From Hyalangium minutum (GTDB taxonomy: Bacteria > Myxococcota > Myxococcia > Myxococcales > Myxococcaceae), in NCBI RefSeq assembly GCF_000737315.1, contig NZ_JMCB01000008.1, positions 20,001-268,000 on the forward strand: DNA of 248,000 nt, in the 5' to 3' direction. The notes beneath the pieces are model-generated. The model was given only the letters and a program-made list of their open reading frames with translations. It had not been told where the DNA came from and ran no database searches. The translations under genes and the position numbers were made by a program. Shown here one piece after another: positions 133,194-143,167 of this stretch (its first letter is position 1; every line of letters starts with the position of its first letter).

Positions 133194-135260
133194 TTACTCG
133201 CCGGAGGCCTTGAAGATGAACGGGTAGGTCACCACCACCACGCCGCCACCCTTGGGCTTGGGGAACATCCAGGTGCGGACGCGGCCAGCCACGCAGGTCT
133301 CCAGTTCCGCGTTGCCCGCGGTGGACTGGGCCACCGACGAGGAGACCACCGCGCCCTCGGCGTTGATGACGAACTTCACGGCGACCTTACCGTTCAGCTT
133401 CGGATACTTCGTCAGCTGGCTCTCGTAGCAGAAGCGGATCTGCCCGCGGTTGCGCTGGATGACCTGGCGGATGAGCTCCTTGTCCAGCGAGCCCATGACC
133501 ACGGGCTCGGACGAGGTGATGCCCACATCCACGCTCTGCTTGCCGCCGAGCACGCCCACGCCAGAGCCGTAGCTGGCGGTACCGCCGCCGCGGCCCTTGG
133601 TGCCGATGGCGCCAATGCCGATGGTGTCGCCCGTGCCGCCGCCACCGCCGCCGCCGCCACGGATGCCCAGGCCGCCGAAGCCACCCGAGTCACCCGCCTT
133701 GGCGCCGAACATGTTGCCCATGGCGCTCTTGAGCTCGCCGCCCAGGCCTGCGTTGCCGAACAGCGTGGAGACGCCGCCCTTGCTGCCGCCGAAGATCTTC
133801 GCCGTGAGGGCGCGGGCCTCGTCCTTCTTGTCCCGCTGCTGGGCCTGAGGCGCGGTGCGGTTCTGGGTCTTAGGCGCCTCCTTCTTGCCCATCTGACCCT
133901 CTTCCTTCTTCTGCTTGGCGGCCTTCTCGCCCGCCTTCTGCTTCTCCTTCTGCTGGTTGAGCTGTTCCAGGAACTTGTTCTTCTGCGTCTCCGGCGGCTT
134001 GATGATCAGCTTGGCCAGGCGCGAGTTGTCCCCGCTCAGCTCGTCGGCGAACTCCTCATCCGCCCCGCTGCGGTTCATCGCGCCGATGACGAACATCGTC
134101 CCCAGGAAGAACGTCAGCAGGAAGATGTTGAGCACCCGGTAGTCCACCGAGTCCGCCAGCGGCACGTACACGCGCTTGGGCGCCGGCTGGAACTGGACCT
134201 CCATGGTGATGCCGCCCAGGTCCGCCCAGAAGAAGTCGTCGTGCTCGAGCACCAGCGAGTAGGCCCCGCCATCGCTCGTGGCCTTGCCGGACTCGATGAC
134301 GGCGTTGAGATCCAGCGTCTCGCCCTTGCGGACGAGCTCGCCCTTCATCTTGCCGGTGAAGCTGACGCTGAAGGTGTGCAGGTCCGAGTGCTTCTTCAGC
134401 ACCGCCATCTTCGGGCTGGACAGCTTGGCGTCGCTCATGGCGATGTCCACGCCCGAGGCGGTGCCCACCGTCACGGTGTCGCGCGACTCCGGCAGCTGCT
134501 CCACCAGCGACTTGCCGGCGATGTTCCGGAGCCCCTTGGGGAACAGCGCCAGCATCAGCGACTCGTTCCAGTGCAGGGCCGCCTTGCCCGAGGGCAGGAA
134601 GTACTCGCCCACGCGCTGGTCACCCCAGCGGAAGCCGACGGACGCGCCCAGCGGACCGCTCGCCTTGCTGCTCTTGCGCGCGGCGCGTGCACGGGGCGCC
134701 TCCTCCTCGACGGGGGCCTCGGCCACCGGCGCCACCACCGCGTTCTGCTCGGTGGAGGCAAAGGAAGAGTCGATCGCCGGAGCGGGAGCCGCCACGGGCA
134801 CCGGAGCCGGAGCGGCCACCACCTGCGGAGCCGCCACGGGCGCCGCGGCAGCCTGCGCCAGATGCTGCGAGGCGGCCTGCATGTCGGCCACCGGCACCTC
134901 GACGCGCGTGGTGACGTCCGAGCTGGACACGGCGGCAGCCAGGTTCACCGCAGCCACCGCAGCCGGGCTCTCCAGGCGGATCGTCGTGCCACCGACCTTG
135001 ATCTCGTCCCCAAAGGCGACCTTCCCCTTGTTGACGCGCTTGCCGTTGACGTAGGTGCCTTCCACACTCCCCATGTCGATGATGGAGAGGGAGCCGTCGG
135101 CGCCGACTTCGATGACGGAGTGGATGCGGCTGACCTTCTCATCCTCCAGGCACAGGTGCGCCGAGGAGAGACGGCCAATCTTGATGATGTCGCGCTCGAA
135201 ATCCTTCGAGGTGACGAGGGTTTCGCCCTTGAAAACCTTGAGTGTCAGAGGAACGGCCAT
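133194..135260 (-). CDS. gltG: GltG (PglI): FHA, TM, TonB-C-like
   Basis: IGRLSSAH..VSRIH FHA; FPKPKGGGVVVVTYPF. Confidence 0.88.
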   Translation of the reverse strand: MAVPLTLKVFKGETLVTSKDFERDIIKIGRLSSAHLCLEDEKVSRIHSVIEVGADGSLSIIDMGSVEGTYVNGKRVNKGKVAFGDEIKVGGTTIRLESPAAVAAVNLAAAVSSSDVTTRVEVPVADMQAASQHLAQAAAAPVAAPQVVAAPAPVPVAAPAPAIDSSFASTEQNAVVAPVAEAPVEEEAPRARAARKSSKASGPLGASVGFRWGDQRVGEYFLPSGKAALHWNESLMLALFPKGLRNIAGKSLVEQLPESRDTVTVGTASGVDIAMSDAKLSSPKMAVLKKHSDLHTFSVSFTGKMKGELVRKGETLDLNAVIESGKATSDGGAYSLVLEHDDFFWADLGGITMEVQFQPAPKRVYVPLADSVDYRVLNIFLLTFFLGTMFVIGAMNRSGADEEFADELSGDNSRLAKLIIKPPETQKNKFLEQLNQQKEKQKAGEKAAKQKKEEGQMGKKEAPKTQNRTAPQAQQRDKKDEARALTAKIFGGSKGGVSTLFGNAGLGGELKSAMGNMFGAKAGDSGGFGGLGIRGGGGGGGGTGDTIGIGAIGTKGRGGGTASYGSGVGVLGGKQSVDVGITSSEPVVMGSLDKELIRQVIQRNRGQIRFCYESQLTKYPKLNGKVAVKFVINAEGAVVSSSVAQSTAGNAELETCVAGRVRTWMFPKPKGGGVVVVTYPFIFKASGE

Positions 135261-135332
135261 TTACGGCTCCCGGTAGACTTTCCCGTGGTGACAGACAACG
135301 CGAGTGGGAGAAGGTTCCGCGAATTTCGCGGA

Positions 135333-135608
135333 CTACAGCTCACCCACCGACTGCATCACCTTGTCCTGGAAGTCCTCGCGAATGCGGATGAGGTTGGAGT
135401 GCTTCACCTTCTTACGGGCCTCGACGTACTCGCCGTCCGGCTTGGTGAGATCGCCCTCGATGGTGTCGTCCTCGAAGTCGATGGTGGTCGTCTTGTTGTA
135501 GCGCACGTTGCCCTCGCCACCGCCGCCACCCTTGCCGCCCTCATCCTGGGCGAACGCCGGGACCACCGTCAGCACCGTGCACAGCATCAAGAGCTTCCGC
135601 ATTGCCAT
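135333..135608 (-). CDS. gltF: GltF (CglF)
   Basis: TTIDFEDDTIEGDLTKPDG...LIRIREDF. Confidence 0.88.
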   Translation of the reverse strand: MAMRKLLMLCTVLTVVPAFAQDEGGKGGGGGEGNVRYNKTTTIDFEDDTIEGDLTKPDGEYVEARKKVKHSNLIRIREDFQDKVMQSVGEL

Positions 135609-135728
135609 CTCCTCGCGAGCCTCAGTCGCCCGCCCAACAACGACTTCCCGTAATTCAGGTTTAGTAGATTCGCATCAATCAAGGTGGCCCCGCCACTGGC
135701 GGGGCCACAAGCCGAGCCGGAGTGCTGA

Positions 135729-137168
135729 CTAGAATTCGTCAGTGGGCTCAGCAGGATCCGACTGCGCTGGATTCTTCTGCCCAGGCGCCGCCTTCTGCGG
135801 TGCAGGTGCGTTCGGAGCGGAGGCCGGGTTCGGAGCGAGATCGCCGGTGGTGGGATCCTCCATCGGCTCGGACTTGGCGCCCGCGGGGTTGGCCCCCTGC
135901 GCGCCTCCGTTCTTCTTCATCTCCGCCTCCTGCTTCTTCTGGAGCTCCTCCATCTGCTTGGCCTGATCCTCCGCCATCTTGGCCTCCTTCTTGGCCTGGA
136001 CGACGGCCTCGGCCTCGCGCATGAGGCCGAACACGGGAGCCTCGGCGCTCAGCGCCACTTCATCGCCGGCCATGGCGACGTACTTCTTGTAGAGCTCCAG
136101 GGCGCGCTCGGGAGCGTCCTTCGCGCGGTGCAGGATGATGGCGCGGTTGAGGAAGATGGCGGCCATCTTCGGATCGAGCTTCTCCGCCTCGTCGTACTCC
136201 TGCATGGCCTTGTCGTACTGGCCCTGGCCCTTGTAGGCGACGCCGAGGTTCAGGTGCGCGGCGGCGTTGTTGCCACCGGCCTGGAGAATCTTGCGAAGGT
136301 GCTCCTCGGCGCCCGGGTAGTCCTCGGCGTCCAGCGAGAGCTGGGCCAGGAGGATGTGCGCGGGCAGATAGTCCGGGCGAACCTCCAGCGCCTTCTTGAA
136401 CGCGAGCATCGCGCCGTCCGGATCGCCCTCACCCTGGATGATGAGGCCCACGGTGTGGTGGAGCTCGGGATCATTCTCGTCGAGCTTCAGCGCGCGCAGG
136501 GCCACCATCTTGGCGATCGCGGGCTGCTTGCGGTCCACATAGGTGCGCATCATCACCTTGAGCGCGGTGGTGGACTGAGGGTCCCGCATGAGCGCGGCGC
136601 GGGCGAACTCGAGCGCCTTCACGAGATCTCCCGTCTGCCGGTAGATCTCCGCCAGGCGAGCGCGGCTGGCCGCGTCGTCCGGGAAGCGCTTGAGCACGTC
136701 CGTGTAGAGCGCCACGGCTCCGGGGATATCACCCTCGTTCGTCGACATGACGGCCAGGTTCTCGGAGGCCTGGCGCAGCGTGGGCTTCTTCTTGAGCGCG
136801 GAGCGGTACCAGTTCTTGGCCTCGTCCTTCTTGCCCTGGCGCTCGGCGAGGACGCCCAGGTTGTAGTCGGCCTCGGCCAGGTTGGGGTCCGCCTCCAGGG
136901 CCGTCTTGAACTTGCGCTCCAGCGACGGGTAGTCCACCGCCTTGGCCTTCTTCTGGGTGTCCATCGCCTTCACCGCGTCCTCGAAGAGGAGCTTGGCGCG
137001 GTTGGAGATGTTCACCGGCTCGGCCTTGGCGGGCGTCTTCGGGCCTGTGTTCTGGTTGGCCGCTGGGCCATTGGGGCCCGCGGCCGTGGAGGAGGTGCAG
137101 CCGGAGGCCAGCAGCGCCGCCGCCACGAGCCCCAGCGAGGTACGCAGGAATCGGGTGTGGTTGATCAT
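135729..137168 (-). CDS. gltE: TPR lipoprotein GltE (AglT)
   Basis: ASGC lipobox, TPRs, synteny. Confidence 0.85.
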   Translation of the reverse strand: MINHTRFLRTSLGLVAAALLASGCTSSTAAGPNGPAANQNTGPKTPAKAEPVNISNRAKLLFEDAVKAMDTQKKAKAVDYPSLERKFKTALEADPNLAEADYNLGVLAERQGKKDEAKNWYRSALKKKPTLRQASENLAVMSTNEGDIPGAVALYTDVLKRFPDDAASRARLAEIYRQTGDLVKALEFARAALMRDPQSTTALKVMMRTYVDRKQPAIAKMVALRALKLDENDPELHHTVGLIIQGEGDPDGAMLAFKKALEVRPDYLPAHILLAQLSLDAEDYPGAEEHLRKILQAGGNNAAAHLNLGVAYKGQGQYDKAMQEYDEAEKLDPKMAAIFLNRAIILHRAKDAPERALELYKKYVAMAGDEVALSAEAPVFGLMREAEAVVQAKKEAKMAEDQAKQMEELQKKQEAEMKKNGGAQGANPAGAKSEPMEDPTTGDLAPNPASAPNAPAPQKAAPGQKNPAQSDPAEPTDEF

Positions 137169-140100
137169 TGCAGGAAGTCCTCCGGCTCCTGGTCGTCGTT
137201 GGACGCCTTCTTCGGAGCCGCGCCGTCCTGAGCGACCGGCCGCTTCAGATCGGTCTCGGTCTGCTCACGCAGCTTCTTGGTCAGGTCGGTGAGATCCTCT
137301 TGGATCGCCTCGGTCTTGGCCTGCGCGGTGGACTCGTCCTCCACCACCGGCTCGGGAACGTCCTGGATGGCGGCCAGCAGATCGAGGCCCAGGGCCAGGT
137401 CCGCGCCCTTCTTCAGCGCGGCCTTGTCCTCTTGCACCGTCGGGTACTGCTCCGGAGCGTAGGTCTCGCGCAGCATCTTCAAGCTCTCGCGGGTGCAGTC
137501 GTTGAAGAAGTCCAGCTCCTGGCTCTTGGCCACGGCGCTGGCGAAGGCCTCGGTGGCCTTGGCCTTGATGGGCTGCACCTGGTTGTTGAACTCGTCGCGG
137601 ATGGCCTGCTCGGTCTCCGCGTCGATGCCCGGAGGCATGGGCGCGTTGGACACCTTGTCGGCCATCTCGTGGTAGGCGAGCCCGATGCGGTGCAGCGCGC
137701 AGATGGCGGGCTGCGGGGCGCCGAAGGACACCGTCTGGATGTACTTCTTCTGGACCACCTCGAGCGCGCGGCCCTTGTCGGCCAGCGAGTCCTTGAACTT
137801 CTTCGGGTCCGCCGGGCGGCCCCACGTCAGCTTCAAGCGCAGGTACTCGCGCCAGTCCGGATCCACGCTGAGGAACTGGGCCTGGGCCACGGGGGCCACG
137901 GCCGTCTTCTCCAGCCCCTGCTGCGTCCGCTTGGGCAGCTTCTCGTAGTACTCGAGGATACGGGTGTAGAGGCGGGCGGTGTCCTTGGCCTTCTTCAGCC
138001 TGTTCTCGAAGATGTTGACGATGCGGCCCTCGGCGGTGAGCACCTTGCTGGGCGAGCGGAGGTTGTCGCGCTCGTAGTCCTCCAGCATCTTCATGGCCTT
138101 GCCGTAGTTACCGCTCTTCTCGTAGAGCGACACGATGGACAGGAAGATCTGCTCCGCGTCCTTCGTCTTGGGCCACAGCTCCAGGAAGTGCTCACGGTTC
138201 TTGAGGGCCTGCTTGTACTGGCCCAGGCCCTCCCGGTAGGTGGCCGCGTTGAAGAGGGCCACCTGCGCCTTGGACTCGTCCCACTTCTGCTTCTCTTCCT
138301 TCTTCTCCTCGCCCTCGTCCTTGCCCTTGCCCTTCTTGGCCTTGGACTTGGGAGCGCCCTTCTCCGCGAGGCTGCGCTCGTAGCCCTTCACGTACAGCTC
138401 GTAGGTGCTCGAGGCCTGCTCGAAGTCGCCCACGGCCTCCTGCGCCTCGGCGTTGGCGTAGATGGAGTCCGGCACGAAGCGCGAGCGCGGGTACTTGGAG
138501 ATGAGGTTCTGGCGGACCTGGATGGCCTTATCCAGCTGCTTCGCCTTGTAGTAGTCGACGGACGCATTGTAGAGCGCCTGGTCGGCGATCGTCGTCTGCG
138601 GGAAGTCCTGGACGAAGTTCAGGTACGCCTCGGCGGCCTTGGAGAACTGCTTCTTCTCCTCCAGCTGGGCCACCAGCGCGAACGAGGACTGCTCGATGAG
138701 CTTGGACAGGTCCTCGCGGAACTTGCCCTTCGACAGCTGATCGTTGGCGTAGAACTTGCGGGCCCACTCGTTCACCTTCGCGAAGTCCTTCTGCAGGTTG
138801 TACGAGTCGAGCACCAGGTTGGCGGCCACCTCGCCGGCGCGCTCACCGTTCTCGAACTTGTAGTCCGCGTGGTTCAGCGCGATGTCGCTGAAGCGCGCCA
138901 CCGCGTCGTCGAAGTGGTTGTAGCGGTAGTAGAGGTTGGCGGCCTTGAAGGAGATCTCCACCCGCTTGTCGCCCTTGGGCAGGTACTTCAGATAGCGCTC
139001 GCACGCATCCAGCAGACCCTTACGGGGCTCGGGGATGGTGAGCTTCTTCTTCATGTCCGAGGTGTCGGGCGGCTTGAGCGCGCCCTTCTCCTCGGCGGCC
139101 TTCACCACCTCGTCATAGGCGAGCACCGCGTTGTAGGCGGCGTTGGCCAGCCACTTGCCGGGCTTGCCGGGCTTGGGGTTGCCCTTCTCGTCCTTGGCGT
139201 CCAGCACCTTGGCGTCCTGGAGGACAACCAGGGTGTAGTTGACGGAGGCCTTCTCGTAGTTGTTCAGGTTGTCGTTGAGGAGCTCCGCCCAGAAGAACCG
139301 CATGTCGTACGCCTTGGGGTTCTCCGGGAACAGCGTGAGGTAGTCGCCGTAGATGGCGTCGGCGTACTTGAACGTCCCCTCGTCACGCGTCTTGCGCGCC
139401 TCGTTGTGCCAGGTGACGGCGAGGTTGGACAGGGTGCGCTCGGCCAGCTCGTTGGCCTCGTCCAGCAGCTTCTTGTCCTTGTCCTCCTTGACGATGCCGG
139501 AGGCCTCCACTTCCTTGGTGATCTTCACCAGGCGGCGCACCTGGGCGACGGTGCGCTCCTTGTTGCCCATGCGCAGCACGCAGTCGACGATCCTCGCCTG
139601 GAAGCCCGGAGACTCGGGCGACAGCGGCTTCTCCTTGATGAGCGCGTTGTAGGTGATGGCCGCCTCGCGGTCCTTGCCATCGCCGTAGTAGAGGTTCGCC
139701 AGCTGCTTCATCATCGCGAAGCGGTCTTCCGGCTTGGTGGCGACCTTGCTGAAGTCGTCCTTGGCCGCCATCACGTCGCCGTCGCGGGCGTAGGTGCGCA
139801 CGTAGTCGGCGCGGGCCTCCTTCACGAGGCCGCTCTTGCCGCTCTTGCCACCGTCCTTCTCCGCGGCAGCGCCGGCCAGCTCGCCATAGAGGACCACCGT
139901 CTTGTACTTGTCCTTGGCGGCCTGGTAGTCGCCCATGTTGAAGTAGCACCAGCCCTGCTTGTAGAGGGCGTAGGCGTAGACCTGGCTGTCGGTGAACTCG
140001 GCGGCGCGCTTATAGGCCTCGAGGGCGCGCTCCAGCTCCGGGCGCTTGCCCTTCGAGTTGTTGAAGTAGTACTCGCCGAAGGCCAGCCACGCGTCCGGCA

Positions 140101-140734
140101 GGTACTTGGACTTCGGGTACTTCTGGACCAGGCGCTTGTAGGCCACCAGCGCCTTGCTGTCCTGGCCATCCTCCATGAGGAACTGGCCGAGGAAGAAGAG
140201 CACCTCGTCGGTGCGCTCGAAGTTCGGGTACTGCTGGACGATCTTCGTGTACTGCTCCAGGGCCAGCTTGCCGTACTGCTTGGACTTGGCCAGCAGCTCC
140301 GCCTTCTCCGCCTTGGCGCGCGACTGTGCTGCCGCGTCATTGCGGTTCATGGCCTTGATGAGGTCGTCGTCCTTCCGGTTCGCCTCGAACTCGTGGAACT
140401 TGGCCTCTTCCCAGTAGAGCTCGCCCAGGCGGAACAGCAGGCTCGGGGCCTCCGTCTGGTCCGGGGACAGCTCGATGATCTTCTTGAGCGAATCGATCTG
140501 CTCGCGGCGCTTGGAAGCCACCTGCGTCTCTACGCCCAGCCGGAACTGGTCGTAGTTCAGCGCGGGGGCATCCGCCTCTTTCTCCGCCTTCTTGCGGGAG
140601 ATGTCGCCGGCGAGGGACTTGTCGATGGTGGTGGCAGACTTCTTGCCGAGGTCCGCCTCGCGCGGGTTTTTCTTAGTCTGCGCGGACGCGACCGACGCCA
140701 GAAGCGTCAGGCAGATGAGGAGCGAGCGACGCAT
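137165..140734 (-). CDS. gltD: TPR protein GltD (AgmU)
   Basis: Signal peptide, ~1190-aa TPR, first gene of cluster. Confidence 0.85.
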   Translation of the reverse strand: MRRSLLICLTLLASVASAQTKKNPREADLGKKSATTIDKSLAGDISRKKAEKEADAPALNYDQFRLGVETQVASKRREQIDSLKKIIELSPDQTEAPSLLFRLGELYWEEAKFHEFEANRKDDDLIKAMNRNDAAAQSRAKAEKAELLAKSKQYGKLALEQYTKIVQQYPNFERTDEVLFFLGQFLMEDGQDSKALVAYKRLVQKYPKSKYLPDAWLAFGEYYFNNSKGKRPELERALEAYKRAAEFTDSQVYAYALYKQGWCYFNMGDYQAAKDKYKTVVLYGELAGAAAEKDGGKSGKSGLVKEARADYVRTYARDGDVMAAKDDFSKVATKPEDRFAMMKQLANLYYGDGKDREAAITYNALIKEKPLSPESPGFQARIVDCVLRMGNKERTVAQVRRLVKITKEVEASGIVKEDKDKKLLDEANELAERTLSNLAVTWHNEARKTRDEGTFKYADAIYGDYLTLFPENPKAYDMRFFWAELLNDNLNNYEKASVNYTLVVLQDAKVLDAKDEKGNPKPGKPGKWLANAAYNAVLAYDEVVKAAEEKGALKPPDTSDMKKKLTIPEPRKGLLDACERYLKYLPKGDKRVEISFKAANLYYRYNHFDDAVARFSDIALNHADYKFENGERAGEVAANLVLDSYNLQKDFAKVNEWARKFYANDQLSKGKFREDLSKLIEQSSFALVAQLEEKKQFSKAAEAYLNFVQDFPQTTIADQALYNASVDYYKAKQLDKAIQVRQNLISKYPRSRFVPDSIYANAEAQEAVGDFEQASSTYELYVKGYERSLAEKGAPKSKAKKGKGKDEGEEKKEEKQKWDESKAQVALFNAATYREGLGQYKQALKNREHFLELWPKTKDAEQIFLSIVSLYEKSGNYGKAMKMLEDYERDNLRSPSKVLTAEGRIVNIFENRLKKAKDTARLYTRILEYYEKLPKRTQQGLEKTAVAPVAQAQFLSVDPDWREYLRLKLTWGRPADPKKFKDSLADKGRALEVVQKKYIQTVSFGAPQPAICALHRIGLAYHEMADKVSNAPMPPGIDAETEQAIRDEFNNQVQPIKAKATEAFASAVAKSQELDFFNDCTRESLKMLRETYAPEQYPTVQEDKAALKKGADLALGLDLLAAIQDVPEPVVEDESTAQAKTEAIQEDLTDLTKKLREQTETDLKRPVAQDGAAPKKASNDDQEPEDFLQ

Positions 140735-141013
140735 GTCTCTCCTGTGCCGAAGCGTTCGATCCTGGATGCTTGCCTGGCTGGCAAGTAGCCGGGACTCTTT
140801 GGGAATTTCCATTTGAGGGGGGCCACTATGCGCAGGGTCGAGAGGGTCGGTCAACTGAACCTGCTCGGCCGCTTTGGGGGTACGCGCACGCCGGAAATCT
140901 TCCAGAAGTGCTGTCCGGAATGCGTTGGGTAGGCTGCCATGTCGGACGGGTAGGTTATGGGTGGGGTAGCGCTTGACTGCCTGGCTGCCCTACCCTGCGG
141001 ATCGATCCGGATC

Positions 141014-141658
141014 ATGAGTCTCCTGCCTGAAGGCGCCAGTTTCGAGGAACTGGTGCAGGACTATTTTCTCGCGGTGCGTGGTGCAGGGCTGATGCTCTCC
141101 GCGCTGGACACCGAGCTTCTGACATCTTGGGCCCGAGAGGGCGTTCCCTTCGAGGTGGTCGCCCGCGGCATCACCCGTTCGGCGGAGAAGGCGCTGTGGG
141201 ATGTGAGGCCCGGGGAGCCGGTGCTGCGCAGCCTGCGGGCGTGCCAGCGGCAAGTGGACGCAGAGATCAAGAAGTACCGGGAGCGCAACGCGGGGGCTGG
141301 AGAGAGCCCGAAGAAGCGCCGCTCGCTCAGCTGGGAAGAGACGCGGCATGCACGGCTGCGGGCCTCGCTCGAGAAGCTGGCGGAGCAGCGTCCCGAGTTG
141401 ACCGCCCGGGTAGGCCAGCTGCTGGAGGCAGTGCTCGCCCGCGCGCCTGAGGAGCCAGCGCAGTTCGACGCCCAGGAAGCGCGGGTCTTCCTGCTGTTGC
141501 TGCGCTCCCTGCCCTTCCCCGTGCGCTGCCAGCTGTGGCGCGAGTCGCGGGGAGGCGGAGCTGAGTCCCAGGGCATGTCCACGCGATCGCGGCGGGTGGC
141601 GCGGCGGTTCCGGTTGCTGGCGCTCGTGCGGCGCTCGCTCGAGATGAAAGAGGGTTAG
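141014..141658 (+). CDS. Conserved hypothetical protein upstream of DnaC-like ATPase
   Basis: Helical protein, apparently cotranscribed. Confidence 0.55.
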   Translation: MSLLPEGASFEELVQDYFLAVRGAGLMLSALDTELLTSWAREGVPFEVVARGITRSAEKALWDVRPGEPVLRSLRACQRQVDAEIKKYRERNAGAGESPKKRRSLSWEETRHARLRASLEKLAEQRPELTARVGQLLEAVLARAPEEPAQFDAQEARVFLLLLRSLPFPVRCQLWRESRGGGAESQGMSTRSRRVARRFRLLALVRRSLEMKEG

Positions 141659-141662
141659 GGCA

Positions 141663-142670
141663 ATGGGGACACCTGAACGCCTGCTCAGCAGGTCGTCCGG
141701 CGAGGGGACTGCTATGGATCGCGCCGACATGGGGACCAAGGGCAGCGGCGGTGCGTGCGGGGTGTGCGGTGGGCGGACGTATCTCATCGAGCGGCAAGGC
141801 GATCTGGCGCATGCGCGGATCTGCGAGTGCTCGGTGCAATGCAAGGTGTGCGGGGGGCGCGGGCACGTGCTCGGCCAACAGGAGTCGACCTTCAGCAAGA
141901 AGGTGGGGCCCCGTACCTATGACGTGCTCATGCCGTGCTCCTGCACCCTGAGGCAGAAGCGCGTGGCCCGCTTCAACGCCGTGGGACTGCCCGGCGTGGT
142001 GGCCCACTCGAGCTTCGACAACTACATCCCCGCGAAGACGCAGCAAGACAAGGCCCGAAGCGCGGCGATGCACTTCGCCCACCACTACGAGAAGGCCGGG
142101 GGCAACAAGGGCTTCGTGCTGAGCGGGCCGGTGGGCACCGGGAAGACGCACCTGCTGGCCGCCACCCTGGCGCACCTGGTGCTCGAGGTGGGCGTGGGGG
142201 CCCGCTACGTGGAGATCTCCCTGCTCTACGCCACCATCCGGCGCGGTTTCCAGGAGGGCAAGAGTGGCGGGGAGATCATCGGCCCGCTGTCCGAGGTGGA
142301 AGTGCTGGCCATCGACGAGCTGGGCAAGGGGCGCGGCAGCCCATTCGAGATGGAGACGATGGATGAGCTGATCGCCCGGCGCTACAACGCTCACCGCACC
142401 ACCCTGTTCGCGACGAACTACTCGCTGGAGCCGGAGCGCAAGGCGACGCGCGCGGTGGCCGGCTACCACTCCACGGACGACGCGAAGACCACGCTGCGAG
142501 AGGCGGAGCTGCTGCGCGAGCGCGTGGGCGAGCGCATCTATAGCCGGCTCTGTGAGATGTGCACCTTCGTGGAGCTGCCCAAGGACACGCCGGACCACCG
142601 GCGCACGCGGCACGAGCTGGAGCCGCGCGGGCACCACGCCCACGCGAAGATTCGCGCCACCGGCCGCTGA
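141663..142670 (+). CDS. DnaC/IstB-like AAA+ ATPase with Zn motifs
   Basis: GPVGTGKT, IDELG, TNY, RIYSRL. Confidence 0.8.
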   Translation: MGTPERLLSRSSGEGTAMDRADMGTKGSGGACGVCGGRTYLIERQGDLAHARICECSVQCKVCGGRGHVLGQQESTFSKKVGPRTYDVLMPCSCTLRQKRVARFNAVGLPGVVAHSSFDNYIPAKTQQDKARSAAMHFAHHYEKAGGNKGFVLSGPVGTGKTHLLAATLAHLVLEVGVGARYVEISLLYATIRRGFQEGKSGGEIIGPLSEVEVLAIDELGKGRGSPFEMETMDELIARRYNAHRTTLFATNYSLEPERKATRAVAGYHSTDDAKTTLREAELLRERVGERIYSRLCEMCTFVELPKDTPDHRRTRHELEPRGHHAHAKIRATGR

Positions 142671-142691
142671 CCCCTCCCCCGAGGCCCGAAC

Positions 142692-143018
142692 ATGACCGAC
142701 GCCATCGTCGTCCTCGTCACCGCTCCCTCGGCCGACAAGGCCGCGGAGCTGGCCCGGGCCTTGGTGGAGGAGCAGCTGGCGGCCTGTGGCAATGTCCTCC
142801 CGGGCCTGCGCTCCATCTATCGCTGGGAGGGGAAGGTCCACGACGAGCCCGAGGCCCTGCTCATCCTCAAGACGCGGGCGCCCCTCTTCGAGGCCTTGAG
142901 GGAGCGGGTGGTGGCCCTCCACCCCTACCAGGTCCCCGAGGTGCTGCGGCTCGACGTGGCCGGAGGGCACCTGCCCTACCTCGAGTGGATTGAGGCCAGC
143001 GTCCGGCCGCTCCCCTGA
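142692..143018 (+). CDS. cutA: Divalent-cation tolerance protein
   Basis: LAACGN, SIYRWEG, HPYQVPE. Confidence 0.93.
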   Translation: MTDAIVVLVTAPSADKAAELARALVEEQLAACGNVLPGLRSIYRWEGKVHDEPEALLILKTRAPLFEALRERVVALHPYQVPEVLRLDVAGGHLPYLEWIEASVRPLP

Positions 143019-143167
143019 TACGTCCTCAGCTCCCCGGGTCCCACTTGACTCCAAGGGTCACCTTGGAGCCTGCTTCTGTTCGCTGTAAGCAGTTGTAGCT
143101 GGGGGCGGATTCTCTGCCCCCTTGTGCTCGCGATACGCTGACCTGGTCCCCCTTCGTCTCCTTCCTC

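Noticed and set aside
141663-142670. IS21 element (istB)
   Set aside because: No istA transposase or terminal inverted repeats nearby
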